From assembly GCA_965215195.1 (NCBI GenBank), contig CBDCDC010000002.1, positions 1,312,001 to 1,376,000 on the forward strand: a DNA stretch of 64,000 bases, read 5' to 3'. The stretch comes from Candidatus Latescibacterota bacterium (GTDB lineage: Bacteria > Latescibacterota > UBA2968 > UBA8231). Position numbers and translations under genes: made by a program. Shown piece after piece: positions 8,733 to 17,915 of this stretch. Within the stretch, counting starts at the first letter, position 1. Each line of letters begins with the position of its first letter. Under the pieces are notes generated by a model, which saw only the letters and a list, made by a program, of their open reading frames with translations, ran no database searches and was not told where the DNA came from.

Positions 8733-9707
8733 ATGAAAGCCATAACCGTAGCCAACGACGCGGATCACTCGCTCTGCTGGCAAGAAGTCCCAGACCCCAC
8801 CTGCGGCCCGGGCGAAGTTCTCGTCGATATACGTGCCACAGCCGTCAATCGCGCCGATCTGCTCCAGCGCGCCGGCCACTACCCGCCGCCCCCGGGTGCG
8901 TCCCCCTACATGGGCTTGGAAATGGCGGGCGTGGTCGCCGCCACGGGCGCGGCCGTAACGCAGTGGCGGCCCGGCGACCGCGTCCTCGGCCTGCTCTCCG
9001 GCGGCGGGTACGCCGAGCGCGTGGCCGTTCCCGCCACCCATTTGCTGCCCCTGCCCGGCGACCGCGACTTCACTTGGGGGGCGGCCATCTGCGAGGTCTT
9101 TCTCACCGCTTTTGTCAACCTGTTCGGCGAAGCCGGCCTGCGCACCGGCGAGACCGCCCTCATCCACGGCGGGGCCAGCGGCGTCGGCACGGCCGCTGTG
9201 CAGTTGTGCTGTCAAGCCGACGCCAAGGCGATCGTCACGGCCGGCACGGACGACAAGGTGGCGCGCTGCCTAGGGCTGGGCGCGGAGTTTGGGGTCAACT
9301 ACAAGGAGCGGGACTTTGCCGAGGCCATTCTCGCCCACACCGACGGGGTCGATGTGATCCTCGACATCGCTGGGGCCGCCTACTTGGCGCACAATGTGCG
9401 GCTGCTCAAGTCCGGGGGCCGCCTCGTAATCATCGCCGTCCTGACCGGGGCCGAGGCCCAGATCGACCTCTTGGAATTCCAGAGAAAGCGGCTGCGTCTG
9501 ATCGGCTCGGTTTTGCGCAGCCGCTCGGACGCGGAGAAAACCGCGATCGTCGCGGCCTTCAAAGAGCGCTTCTGGCCGCTGCTCATCGACGGGCGCATGC
9601 GACCTGTGATCGAGGACGTGCTGCCCATTGAGCGCACAGCCGACGCCCAAGACATCCTGCGGCAAAACCGCAACATCGGCAAGGTCGTCCTGCAAGTGCG
9701 GAATTGA
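8733..9707 (+). CDS. NAD(P)H-quinone oxidoreductase, PIG3 family
   Basis: VNRADLLQRAGHYPPPPGAS, LIHGGASGVG, NIGKVVL. Confidence 0.9.
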   Translation: MKAITVANDADHSLCWQEVPDPTCGPGEVLVDIRATAVNRADLLQRAGHYPPPPGASPYMGLEMAGVVAATGAAVTQWRPGDRVLGLLSGGGYAERVAVPATHLLPLPGDRDFTWGAAICEVFLTAFVNLFGEAGLRTGETALIHGGASGVGTAAVQLCCQADAKAIVTAGTDDKVARCLGLGAEFGVNYKERDFAEAILAHTDGVDVILDIAGAAYLAHNVRLLKSGGRLVIIAVLTGAEAQIDLLEFQRKRLRLIGSVLRSRSDAEKTAIVAAFKERFWPLLIDGRMRPVIEDVLPIERTADAQDILRQNRNIGKVVLQVRN

Positions 9708-9734
9708 GAATTGGGAACTGGCGTTACGCCCGGG

Positions 9735-9757
9735 GGCTAACGATCGTTATTCCCTAC
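9735..9757 (-). repeat. GTAG-type REP-like palindrome, copy 2
   Basis: Exact 23-bp match to 8670-8692. Confidence 0.8.
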
Positions 9758-9799
9758 AAAGACGCACAAGGAGCACCAATTGAGAATTAGGAGTGTTCT

Positions 9800-10849
9800 A
9801 TGAGTACTCGTTATCGGCACGTTGAAGTGAGCGGTCCGCCGCGCGAGATGGGACGCCAGATTGGGGAGGCTGCCCGCGAGGAAATTCGCGGTTTTGCCGC
9901 CATTGCCCTAGCGCGCGTCAACAAGACCGTGCGCGTCTCGCACGCCCGCGCCATGGACATAAGCCGCCGGAGCATGGATTGCGCGGCCGCGTACGCGCCC
10001 GACATGCTCGACGAGTTGCGCGGCATGAGCGAGGGCGCGGGCGTCGCGCTCGACGAGCTGATGCTGTTGCAGGTGCGCAACCAGCTTTGCCCGGACGAGG
10101 ACGCGGCCTGCACGGCCTTTGCCGTCGCCCCCCAGCGCAGCGCCGAGGGCCGGGCGATTGCCGCGCAGAACTGGGACAACGACCCGGCGCTGGACCCCTT
10201 CACAATCGCGCTGACGCGCCGCCCAGCAGGCAAGCCCGCGCTGATGAACATTACCCAAGCCGGCCTCATCGCGTACATCGGCTGCAACGACGCTGGCATG
10301 GGCGTCTGCATGAACACCCTGCCGGCCCCCAGCCGCCCGGTCGGCGTCCCACACTACTTTGCCGTGCGCGCCATCTACGAACAGACCTCGCTCAGCGGCG
10401 CGGTCGCAGCGGTGCGCCGGGCCGACCGCGCCATTCCCGGCAACATCCTCCTCGCCACCCCGCAGGGGCCGGCCGATCTCGAACTCACCTTGGGCCGCGT
10501 CCACGTCTTGCGCGACCCCGAGCTCGTGGTCCACACCAACCACTGCCTGCACCCGGAACTCGCGCCGATCAACCGCGAATTTCCCGAGCTGATTGAGTCT
10601 GGCCCGCGCCAACGCCGCATCGAACAGTTGCTCGGCCCCGAGCGCCTCGTGAGCATGGCGCAGGTGCAAGAGGCCCTGCGCGACCACGACCGGCATCCGC
10701 ACTCCATCTGCCGCCACGTCAACGACCACCCGCAGACCGGCTTTTGGGCGAGCGTGTTTTCAGTGGTGATCGAGGCCGACCAAGGCCGCATGCACATCAG
10801 TCGCGGCAACCCCTGCGCGGCCCCGTACGAAACGTATTCCCTCAACTGA
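9800..10849 (+). CDS. C45 family autoproteolytic acyltransferase/hydrolase (AAT)
   Basis: GPPREMGRQIG; ACTAFA (Ntn nucleophile Cys); AQNWD; HTNHCL. Confidence 0.85.
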   Translation: MSTRYRHVEVSGPPREMGRQIGEAAREEIRGFAAIALARVNKTVRVSHARAMDISRRSMDCAAAYAPDMLDELRGMSEGAGVALDELMLLQVRNQLCPDEDAACTAFAVAPQRSAEGRAIAAQNWDNDPALDPFTIALTRRPAGKPALMNITQAGLIAYIGCNDAGMGVCMNTLPAPSRPVGVPHYFAVRAIYEQTSLSGAVAAVRRADRAIPGNILLATPQGPADLELTLGRVHVLRDPELVVHTNHCLHPELAPINREFPELIESGPRQRRIEQLLGPERLVSMAQVQEALRDHDRHPHSICRHVNDHPQTGFWASVFSVVIEADQGRMHISRGNPCAAPYETYSLN

Positions 10850-10860
10850 CAGGAGGCGCT

Positions 10861-12309
10861 ATGGGCACCCTGCACGGCACGATTGTCGACGAAGTCTCCG
10901 GCGAGCCGCTCGACGCCAAAGTTCACGTACTCACGGCTTCGGGCACCTTTTCCCACCCGCCGAACTCCGTGCTCAAGCGCGGCCCGGGTACGCGGTTTTT
11001 CTTTTGCGATGGCGCGTTTGCCGTCGAGAGCAGCCGCGGGCGCACGGATGTGCTCGTCGAGCGCGGCACCGAGTACGAACCCTATCGCACGACCGTTGAG
11101 CTGCCGGCCAAGGGCCGCGTTGAGTTGGAGATTCGGCTGCGCCGCTGGTATCGCCCCCAAGAGGAGGCTTGGTATCCGGGCAACACGCACATCCACTACG
11201 ACGAAAGGGAGACCCGGCCCGACGAGCGGCTGGGGATTGATTGCAGCGTCGAGGGGTACAACGTCACCTGCGTCAGCGTCCTCGACCGCCGCCAACTGCC
11301 CTACGCATCCAACAAGTATCCCATTGGCGTGATGAACGAGTTTACGACCGCCCATCACGTCCTCGACATCGGCGAGGAAAATCGCCACTACGGAGACAAC
11401 TCGCCGTGGGGATTTGGCTACGGCCACGTGATGTTGCTCAACATCCGCAATCTCGTGCAGCCCGTCAGCCGCGGCCACACCCTCGCCGGGCAATTCGACC
11501 CGGACTACCCGCCCTTGTGCTTTTGCTGCGACGACGCCCGCGAGCAGGGCGGCTTGGTCATCTGGTGCCACAACGGCCGCGGCATGGAGGCCCCGGTGGC
11601 CGCAGCCCTCGGCAAGCTCGACGCCTTCAACCTGTTCGACCCCTTTTGGATGGACCCGGAATACGACCTCTGGTACAAGCTCCTCAACTGCGGCCTGCGG
11701 CTGCCGGCCTCAACCGGCACGGACTGGTTCGTCTGCTCCAACAACCGCGTGTACGTCCAAGTGGATGGGGAATTTTCGTACGCACGCTGGATCGAGGGTA
11801 TGAAGCAGGGGCGGACCTTCATAACCAACGGCCCGGCCCTTCAGCTCGCACTCAACGGACATCCCATGGGCGAGACCGTGGAATGCGGGAGCGGCACCGA
11901 GCTAGAGGCCGAAGTGACCTTTAGCTCGTTTTACCCGATTGAGCGCGTCGAGTTGGTGGTCAACGGCGCGGTCGTGCAGGGCTGGGAATGGCCGGCTGGC
12001 CGGCGCGAGGGCGCGTTGCGCCACGGCTTCCGGGCCGAGCGCGATGGCTGGGTTGCCGCCCGCCTGTGGGGCGACTCGCGCGACAGCTTCGACCAGTCCA
12101 TTTACGCGCATTCGAGCCCGAGCTATTTCCGCTGCGGCGCACCACCGGCCGAGCGCGCGGCGGACGCTACCTTCTTCCTCCGCTCAATTGACGAATCGCT
12201 CAAGTGGATCGGCACCTATGGCCGCTACAACAACGACCAGCAGCGCGAGGACGTGCGGGAACTGTTCAGGAGGGGGCGCGCGGTGTACGCGAGAATCGGG
12301 AATTCGTAA
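10861..12309 (+). CDS. CehA/McbA-family PHP-like metallohydrolase
   Basis: WYPGNTHIH, WYKLLNCGLRLPASTGTD, GRTFITNGP, AHSSP. Confidence 0.8.
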   Translation: MGTLHGTIVDEVSGEPLDAKVHVLTASGTFSHPPNSVLKRGPGTRFFFCDGAFAVESSRGRTDVLVERGTEYEPYRTTVELPAKGRVELEIRLRRWYRPQEEAWYPGNTHIHYDERETRPDERLGIDCSVEGYNVTCVSVLDRRQLPYASNKYPIGVMNEFTTAHHVLDIGEENRHYGDNSPWGFGYGHVMLLNIRNLVQPVSRGHTLAGQFDPDYPPLCFCCDDAREQGGLVIWCHNGRGMEAPVAAALGKLDAFNLFDPFWMDPEYDLWYKLLNCGLRLPASTGTDWFVCSNNRVYVQVDGEFSYARWIEGMKQGRTFITNGPALQLALNGHPMGETVECGSGTELEAEVTFSSFYPIERVELVVNGAVVQGWEWPAGRREGALRHGFRAERDGWVAARLWGDSRDSFDQSIYAHSSPSYFRCGAPPAERAADATFFLRSIDESLKWIGTYGRYNNDQQREDVRELFRRGRAVYARIGNS

Positions 12310-12315
12310 TTCACA

Positions 12316-13134
12316 ATGCAATCCCTCTTAACTCACTACTCCATCCGCCCCAAGAAAAATCGCGGCCAAAATTTTCTCACCGACACTGCCGTCCTGCGCC
12401 GAGAAGTGGCTTGCGCCGACATCACGGCCGGCGATACAGTGCTGGAGATCGGGGCCGGAATCGGCAATCTGACGCAGTTGCTGCTGGAGCGAGCCGGGCG
12501 GGTCGTGGCGGTGGAGCAAGACCGCCAGTTCGCCCGCTGCCTCAAGGAATTGCAGCGGCGGTACGGGCACCTTGAAGTGGTGTGGGGCGATGCGTTGAGC
12601 GTGGATTTTCCGCGCTTTGACAAGGCGGTGGCCAACCTGCCGTATCAAGTGGCCCTGCCGATTGTGTTCAAGCTGCTAAACCAGCGATTCGAGTGGGCCG
12701 TGCTCATGCTGCCCAAGCGGCTGGCCCAGCGGCTGTGCGCCACCGTCGGGCAAAAAGGCTACTGTCGGCTAGGAGTCGCCGTTGGGCGGCTGGCCCAAGT
12801 AGAGTGGATCGAGCAGGTGGGCAAAGACGCCTTTTTCCCCCGCCCCAAAGTCGAGAGCGCACTCGTGCTCGTCAAACGCACCAAGCCCAAGTTCGCCGTG
12901 CCGTCCGAAGATTTCTTTAGGCAGGTCTTGGAAAATCTCTTTGCCCGCCGCCAAGAGCAAGTCCAGCAGATCGTACCCACAGCCACCCTCGCCGGTCTAA
13001 GCAAGAAGATCAAAAATAAACCTGTGTACACCGTCACGCCGCGTGAGTTCGGCGAAATCACCCGCGTCTTGTGGGCGAGGAATTCGCAATTTCGCTCAGT
13101 ACACGACCTCTCCTGTGGGTGCGTTCGCGCCTGA
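12316..13134 (+). CDS. rsmA: 16S rRNA m6(2)A1518/1519 dimethyltransferase
   Basis: GQNFL, VLEIGAGIGNLT, VANLPYQ, FFPRPKVES. The stop codon lies inside the downstream MITE. Confidence 0.85.
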   Translation: MQSLLTHYSIRPKKNRGQNFLTDTAVLRREVACADITAGDTVLEIGAGIGNLTQLLLERAGRVVAVEQDRQFARCLKELQRRYGHLEVVWGDALSVDFPRFDKAVANLPYQVALPIVFKLLNQRFEWAVLMLPKRLAQRLCATVGQKGYCRLGVAVGRLAQVEWIEQVGKDAFFPRPKVESALVLVKRTKPKFAVPSEDFFRQVLENLFARRQEQVQQIVPTATLAGLSKKIKNKPVYTVTPREFGEITRVLWARNSQFRSVHDLSCGCVRA

Positions 13135-13220
13135 CGGTAGGACGCCGTTGAATGCGAAATAACCTTCTGTTGGCCGGCAAGCTGCCCGCGCACCCGGCGG
13201 AAACCTTCGCGTCGTGTACT
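13098..13220. mobile_element. MITE-like element A (123 bp)
   Basis: Perfect 10-bp terminal inverted repeats AGTACACGAC / GTCGTGTACT in a CTCAG / CTAAG context; no transposase. Confidence 0.65.
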
Positions 13221-13222
13221 AA

Positions 13223-13390
13223 GAAGCTGTCTGAAAACTAGGGTTTCGCTCTCGGCCTTGACTCCAAGCCGCTGGCATCAAGGGCGTCTCGCCCGCGAAA
13301 AACGCCGGACGCCGAGGCCGCTGGACCGCCTTGCAAAGCAGCCCGACAGGGGTTTGTCACGCCTAAAGGCGCGGTGAAGCAGACGGCTTC
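13223..13390. mobile_element. MITE-like element B (168 bp), IS5-like ends
   Basis: TIRs GAAGCTGTCTG / CAGACGGCTTC (10 of 11 match), with TAA on both sides as a putative target-site duplication. Confidence 0.7.
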
Positions 13391-13416
13391 TAAGGAAATT
13401 TCGCAATTCCCAATTC

Positions 13417-14352
13417 TCAATGCGCCAAAAACCGCTCGGCCTCAATTGCCGCCATACACCCGGTGCCGGCCGCGGTGACGGCTTGTCGGTACACCGAGTC
13501 CTGCACGTCGCCGCAGGCAAAAACCCCGGGGATGGCGGTGGCGGTCGAATCCGGCTCGGTGCGGATGTAGCCCTGCTCGTTCATGGCCAACGCGCCGTTG
13601 AAAAGCTCGGAGTTGGGCACGTGGCCGATGGCGACGAAGACGCCGTCGCAGGGGAATTCTCGCGTCCGGCTGGTGTGGGTGTCGCGCAGCAGCACCCCGC
13701 GCACGGCTAGCTCGCCATCGGCTTGCAAAATCTCGGCGATTGTGGCGTTGACCGCGAAGTCGATCTTGTCGTTGTCCTGGGCGCGCTTGAGCATGATTTT
13801 GGAGGCGCGAAACTCCTCGCGGCGGTGGACGATGGTGACCTTGGAGGCGAATTTCGTCAGGTAGGTCCCTTCCTCCATGGCCGAGTCGCCGCCGCCGACG
13901 ACGACTAGCTCCTTGTCGCGAAAGAAAAAGCCGTCGCAGGTGGCGCAGGCCGAGACTCCGTGCCCCATGAGCCGCGCCTCGGACTCTAGGCCGAGGAGGC
14001 GCGCCGACGCGCCAGTGGCGATGATCAGCGCATCGCAGGTGTAGGAGGAGGCGTCGCCTTTGACTGCAAAGGGCCGCTTGGACAAATCGACTGCGGCGAC
14101 CGTCTCGAACTGGCACACGGCACCAAAACGCTGTGCCTGCTGGCGCATCAGATCGACCAGTTCGGGTCCCATGATGCCGTCGGGGAAGCCTGGGTAGTTT
14201 TCTACGTCCGTGGTAATGGTTAGCTGGCCGCCCGGCTGCAAGCCCTCTAGGACGAGCGGGGCTAGGTCGGCTCTGGCCGCGTACAGGGCGGCGGTCAGCC
14301 CGGCCGGCCCCGAGCCGACGATTACTACCTTGTAGTGGTGATTCGCGCTCAT
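13417..14352 (-). CDS. trxB: Thioredoxin-disulfide reductase
   Basis: [34 protein letters not shown]. Confidence 0.97.
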   Translation of the reverse strand: MSANHHYKVVIVGSGPAGLTAALYAARADLAPLVLEGLQPGGQLTITTDVENYPGFPDGIMGPELVDLMRQQAQRFGAVCQFETVAAVDLSKRPFAVKGDASSYTCDALIIATGASARLLGLESEARLMGHGVSACATCDGFFFRDKELVVVGGGDSAMEEGTYLTKFASKVTIVHRREEFRASKIMLKRAQDNDKIDFAVNATIAEILQADGELAVRGVLLRDTHTSRTREFPCDGVFVAIGHVPNSELFNGALAMNEQGYIRTEPDSTATAIPGVFACGDVQDSVYRQAVTAAGTGCMAAIEAERFLAH

Positions 14353-14363
14353 TGTGCTCCTTT

Positions 14364-15320
14364 TTAGACGATGCGGCTCAAAAGTTCTCGGCCCTCCAAC
14401 CCAGCCAGCAGGTTGCCCACCGAGCACTCGGCCATGACTTGGCGCGTCTGGTGGGTCGCGCTGCCTAGATGGGGTATGACGACGAGGTTGTCCAGCGCTA
14501 GGAGGGGGTGGTCGCGGGGCAAGGGTTCGGGTTCGGTTACGTCGAGGGCGGCGGCGTGGAGGCCGCCACTTTGCAGGGTTTCCAACAGGGCGTCGTGATC
14601 GACGACGCCCCCGCGTGCGGCATTGACCAGCACGGCCGACTGCTTCATCAGGCCCAACTCGCGCCGGCCAATCATGCCCCGCGTCTGTTCGGTCAGTGGC
14701 ATGTTCAAGGTCAAGAAATCCGCTTGCTGGAGCAGCTCGTCCAGCCCGACGTAGTGCGCTCCGAGGTCGGCTTCGGCCTTGGGGTTGCGACGGCGGTTGT
14801 GGTACAAGATGGTCATGTCAAAGGCCAGCGCACGGCGCGCTACTTGGTAGCCGATGCTGCCCAGCCCGATGATCCCGAGGACTTGGTGGTGGACCTCCTG
14901 CCCCAACATGAAGCTCGGATCGTAAGCCACAAAGTCCGGGCCGCGGGCAAAGCGGTCGCCTTGGATGAGGTTGCGCGCCGCGGCCAAGAGGAGGGCGAAG
15001 GTCATATCGGCCGTTGCGCCGTCGAGGACGTTGGGCGTGTTGCCTACGGGGATGCCGCGCTCTTGGGCGGCTTGGAGGTCGATGTGATCGACGCCGACGC
15101 CGTAGTTGCTGATGACGCGGAGGGCGGGCATGAGATCCATGTATGCGGCTGTGAAGGCGTAGTGCCCGTAGTTGTACACGCCTTCGATGGTGCGGAGGAG
15201 CTCGGCCGGGGGCTGTGGGTGCAGCGGATTCCAGCGCGCGATCTCGGCGCGTTCCTCGATCATGGGAATGATGGTGTAATACGGTTCGATTTCCGAGCGG
15301 ATTAGGACTTTGTAGGGCAT
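14364..15320 (-). CDS. D-2-hydroxyacid dehydrogenase (glyoxylate/hydroxypyruvate reductase type)
   Basis: [42 protein letters not shown]. Confidence 0.92.
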   Translation of the reverse strand: MPYKVLIRSEIEPYYTIIPMIEERAEIARWNPLHPQPPAELLRTIEGVYNYGHYAFTAAYMDLMPALRVISNYGVGVDHIDLQAAQERGIPVGNTPNVLDGATADMTFALLLAAARNLIQGDRFARGPDFVAYDPSFMLGQEVHHQVLGIIGLGSIGYQVARRALAFDMTILYHNRRRNPKAEADLGAHYVGLDELLQQADFLTLNMPLTEQTRGMIGRRELGLMKQSAVLVNAARGGVVDHDALLETLQSGGLHAAALDVTEPEPLPRDHPLLALDNLVVIPHLGSATHQTRQVMAECSVGNLLAGLEGRELLSRIV

Positions 15321-15364
15321 TTTTGCTCTCGAATAGAGTGAAAAACAACTATCCACATCAGCTT

Positions 15365-15616
15365 CTAAGCTCCAAATAGCTGTTGACGCAACTCAGATTG
15401 GCTGATTTCCAGATACGCGGCAACCCTCGATAAAATCACGTGCAACGTGCCAACTTTTAGCTGGCTATGCCGCGGGATTGATACGTGATGTTCCGGCCCT
15501 TTTATGCTGGTAACTAGCCGTATATGGCTACCCCTCTGCCGGACGACCCGATACGCATAGCGACGATGCAGTAGCCGGATCAGTTCATCACCGGATATAT
15601 CCCTCGGCATCATCAC
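15365..15616 (-). CDS. hicA: HicA-family toxin
   Basis: RQRGSHIRL...HHVSIPRH..LKVGTLHVIL. Confidence 0.9.
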   Translation of the reverse strand: MMMPRDISGDELIRLLHRRYAYRVVRQRGSHIRLVTSIKGPEHHVSIPRHSQLKVGTLHVILSRVAAYLEISQSELRQQLFGA

Positions 15617-15828
15617 ACTGCAACGACCTCGTCCTTTACCAGATGCAGTCTAAAAGTCCCGGGTACTGAATCTCCATCGAAATGGCACAGCACAGCGTCT
15701 TGAGCCATTAGCTTCAGGTCTTCCCACGAGTCAGCTTGGGTAATGATGTCGCATCCGACTGCCGCGGCATAGTAGCCGCCTTCCTCAGCTTCGTGGACTT
15801 CAAAAACTATTTCGTTTGGCATAGTCAA
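15613..15828 (-). CDS. Short HicB-like antitoxin
   Basis: EIVFEVHEAEEGGYYA..IITQADSWEDLK; overlaps the hicA start. Confidence 0.8.
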   Translation of the reverse strand: MTMPNEIVFEVHEAEEGGYYAAAVGCDIITQADSWEDLKLMAQDAVLCHFDGDSVPGTFRLHLVKDEVVAV

Positions 15829-15993
15829 ACATCCTCCATTTGCCGGTTATAGCAACATTGGAGAGTACGATGTCAGGAACTTCTGGGCAAGCCTGCCGAG
15901 GGCCGGGGATAGGGCAAGCGCGAAAGAAGTCTTGACGCAAGGGGATCGGTGGCCGACGTTGGAATTTTGCCGTCCCTTTCAAGACGAGGTCCC

Positions 15994-16743
15994 ATGCTGA
16001 TTGCACACCCCAAAGGACACTATCGCTTTCTCCAAGGCATTGACCCCTATTCCTGTGGCGTCGTGGCCGAGCCGGGCTGGGAGCTCGTCCGCGTTGCGCT
16101 CGCCGAGCCGCTGCCTTGGCGAGAGGGCTTTGAGCGCGTGGATGCGCATCTAGCGGCGGAAGGCTGCGACCGCATCGCGCTCTGCGCCATGGAGCTGCGC
16201 TCGCCCGCGCCCTTTACCATGCAGGGGTTCATCGACTTCAACCGCGAGTACTGCGCCGTCCTGCGGGCGTGGGGTTTGTACGCAGGCGAGCTCAATCCGG
16301 TGGCCCGCACCAACGTCGCGCCGGTGTGCGATCCGCCGCCGGTGCCTTCGCTGTATGCCTTTTCCTATGCGGTTCCCAACGACCGAATTGAGCGCAAAAC
16401 CCTGATCGTGGCCGGTGCCGGCGAGTTGCGGGAGGGCCGCCTCGTAGCCGAGGGGATTATCCGCCCGGGCGACACTTCGCCCGCTGCCATGCGCGAGAAG
16501 GCCGCTTATGTGGCGCAGGTCATGGGCGAGCGGCTCGCGGGCCTCGGCGGGACTTGGGACCTGATCGACGCGGTTGACGTGTACACTATCTATCCCCTAG
16601 CGGAAATAGTCGCAGAGATTCTCCTGCCGACGATGGCCGCGGCGCGGCGATGCGGCGTCTGTTGGCACTACGCCCGGCCGCCGGTGGTCGATATCGACTT
16701 TGAGATGGATCTGCACGGCGTGGTGAGGCAGCAGATCGTCTGA
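15994..16743 (+). CDS. cnbZ: 2-amino-5-chloromuconate deaminase-like protein
   Basis: YSCGVVAEPG, CAMELRSPAPF, NPVARTNV, WHYARPPVVDIDFEMD. Confidence 0.75.
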   Translation: MLIAHPKGHYRFLQGIDPYSCGVVAEPGWELVRVALAEPLPWREGFERVDAHLAAEGCDRIALCAMELRSPAPFTMQGFIDFNREYCAVLRAWGLYAGELNPVARTNVAPVCDPPPVPSLYAFSYAVPNDRIERKTLIVAGAGELREGRLVAEGIIRPGDTSPAAMREKAAYVAQVMGERLAGLGGTWDLIDAVDVYTIYPLAEIVAEILLPTMAAARRCGVCWHYARPPVVDIDFEMDLHGVVRQQIV

Positions 16744-16781
16744 TTATTGAAGCCCCTTAGCGCGGGTGAGCGGTCGGGAAT

Positions 16782-16824
16782 AAAAACACCCCCAATGCCT
16801 TGCATGAGCAGCGGGGGTATTTTT
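16782..16824. terminator. Hairpin with A and T flanks, possible bidirectional terminator
   Basis: AAAAACACCCCC...GGGGGTATTTTT downstream of the cnbZ-like gene. Confidence 0.45.
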
Positions 16825-16895
16825 GTCGGGGCGACGCCATTTTTCGTATATTGAGGTTAAGCTGCCTTTATCTCATACCCATGAGGAGGTCTTTT

Positions 16896-17060
16896 ATGAC
16901 TGACGCTGCCAATCCCAACCCGACCCCTTCCCCGGCACCCGACGAGATTCACTGGGGCGTGGCCTATCTGCGGGAGGACATTCAGGACGTGCGCCAAGAG
17001 TGGCTCATTACCACTATGCTGGCGATGACGGGCATCCTCATCGCCGTGATAAAACTCTAA
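16896..17060 (+). CDS. Small membrane-anchored DUF1640-like protein, apparently internally shortened
   Basis: GAGGAGG RBS; YLREDIQDVRQE abuts the hydrophobic tail WLITTMLAMTGILIAVIKL. Confidence 0.55.
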   Translation: MTDAANPNPTPSPAPDEIHWGVAYLREDIQDVRQEWLITTMLAMTGILIAVIKL

Positions 17061-17114
17061 ACGCGGCCTCCCGGCTCGCCTTCGCCGCCCACGCGCACGA
17101 AGACGAGCCGCTTT

Positions 17115-17822
17115 TTAAGGCCGCCAGTGCAAACATCGCATCTGCCAATCCACGCCAGCCCCGCACAAAGCCGCCGCGTATCCGTCCGCCGGTTCCAAAG
17201 CCACCAACTTCCACCGCCCCCCCTCGTCCGAGCGCAAAAGCGCGGCCTCTGCTCCCAGCGACACCGCAAAGGAGCCGAGGCCAGCGGCTATGCCGTCGCC
17301 CCGCGCCTTGACATAGGCTTCCTTGCGCGTCCAGATGTTGTAAAAAGCCGCTCGTCGCTCCGCGGCCGGTAGCTGCGCCAGCACCTCCTGCTCCTCCAGC
17401 GAAAAGAAGCGTGCGGCGATTTGCTCGTGCGCGACTTGAGGCCGCATCCACTCCACATCGACGCCGACCTCGCGGTTGCGCGCTATCGCATATAGAGCCA
17501 GTTCATGGCTATGGGACACGTTGAAATGCAGCGTCCCCTCCTGCAGAAAGGGCTTGCCGTGCGCGCCGCGCGCAAAAGCCAACGCCCCGGGCGCTTGGCC
17601 GAGATAGCGTCCCAAGAGCCGACGCAGCATGGCCCGCGCCACCCCAAAGCGCCGCTGATGGGTGCCGGTCAGCAAGCCGCGCCCCCGCTCGCGCTCGTCT
17701 GCGCTCAGACAAGCCGCGAGCGCGGCCACCTCGCCGGCCGCGGCCAATTCGACGCACCAGACGTGGATTTCATCGTCGCTGAGCCGCGGCCAGCTCAACG
17801 GGGTTTCCCATGGAATGGTCAT
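17115..17822 (-). CDS. Sfp-type 4'-phosphopantetheinyl transferase
   Basis: HGKP, FNVSHS, VGVDVE, WTRKEAYVKARG. Confidence 0.92.
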   Translation of the reverse strand: MTIPWETPLSWPRLSDDEIHVWCVELAAAGEVAALAACLSADERERGRGLLTGTHQRRFGVARAMLRRLLGRYLGQAPGALAFARGAHGKPFLQEGTLHFNVSHSHELALYAIARNREVGVDVEWMRPQVAHEQIAARFFSLEEQEVLAQLPAAERRAAFYNIWTRKEAYVKARGDGIAAGLGSFAVSLGAEAALLRSDEGGRWKLVALEPADGYAAALCGAGVDWQMRCLHWRP

Positions 17823-17848
17823 ACTTGACGCCGCCGTTTATCGCGCTC

Positions 17849-17902
17849 AAATTACGAATTGCGAATTTGAACAGGTCGCAATTCCCAATTCTCAATTCTC
17901 AA
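17849..17902. repeat. Inverted heptamer-repeat tract
   Basis: AATTACG-AATTGCG-AATTTG ... CAATTCC-CAATTCT-CAATTCT. Related tracts at 9701, 9778, 12292, 13081 and 13395. Confidence 0.7.
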
Positions 17903-17915
17903 AAAGGAGTGCCTC

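Noticed and set aside
8670-9757. CRISPR repeats
   Set aside because: Only two copies, 1 kb apart and separated by a gene; no spacers and no cas genes.
15349-15357. DnaA box CTATCCACA
   Set aside because: A single one-mismatch copy, expected by chance.
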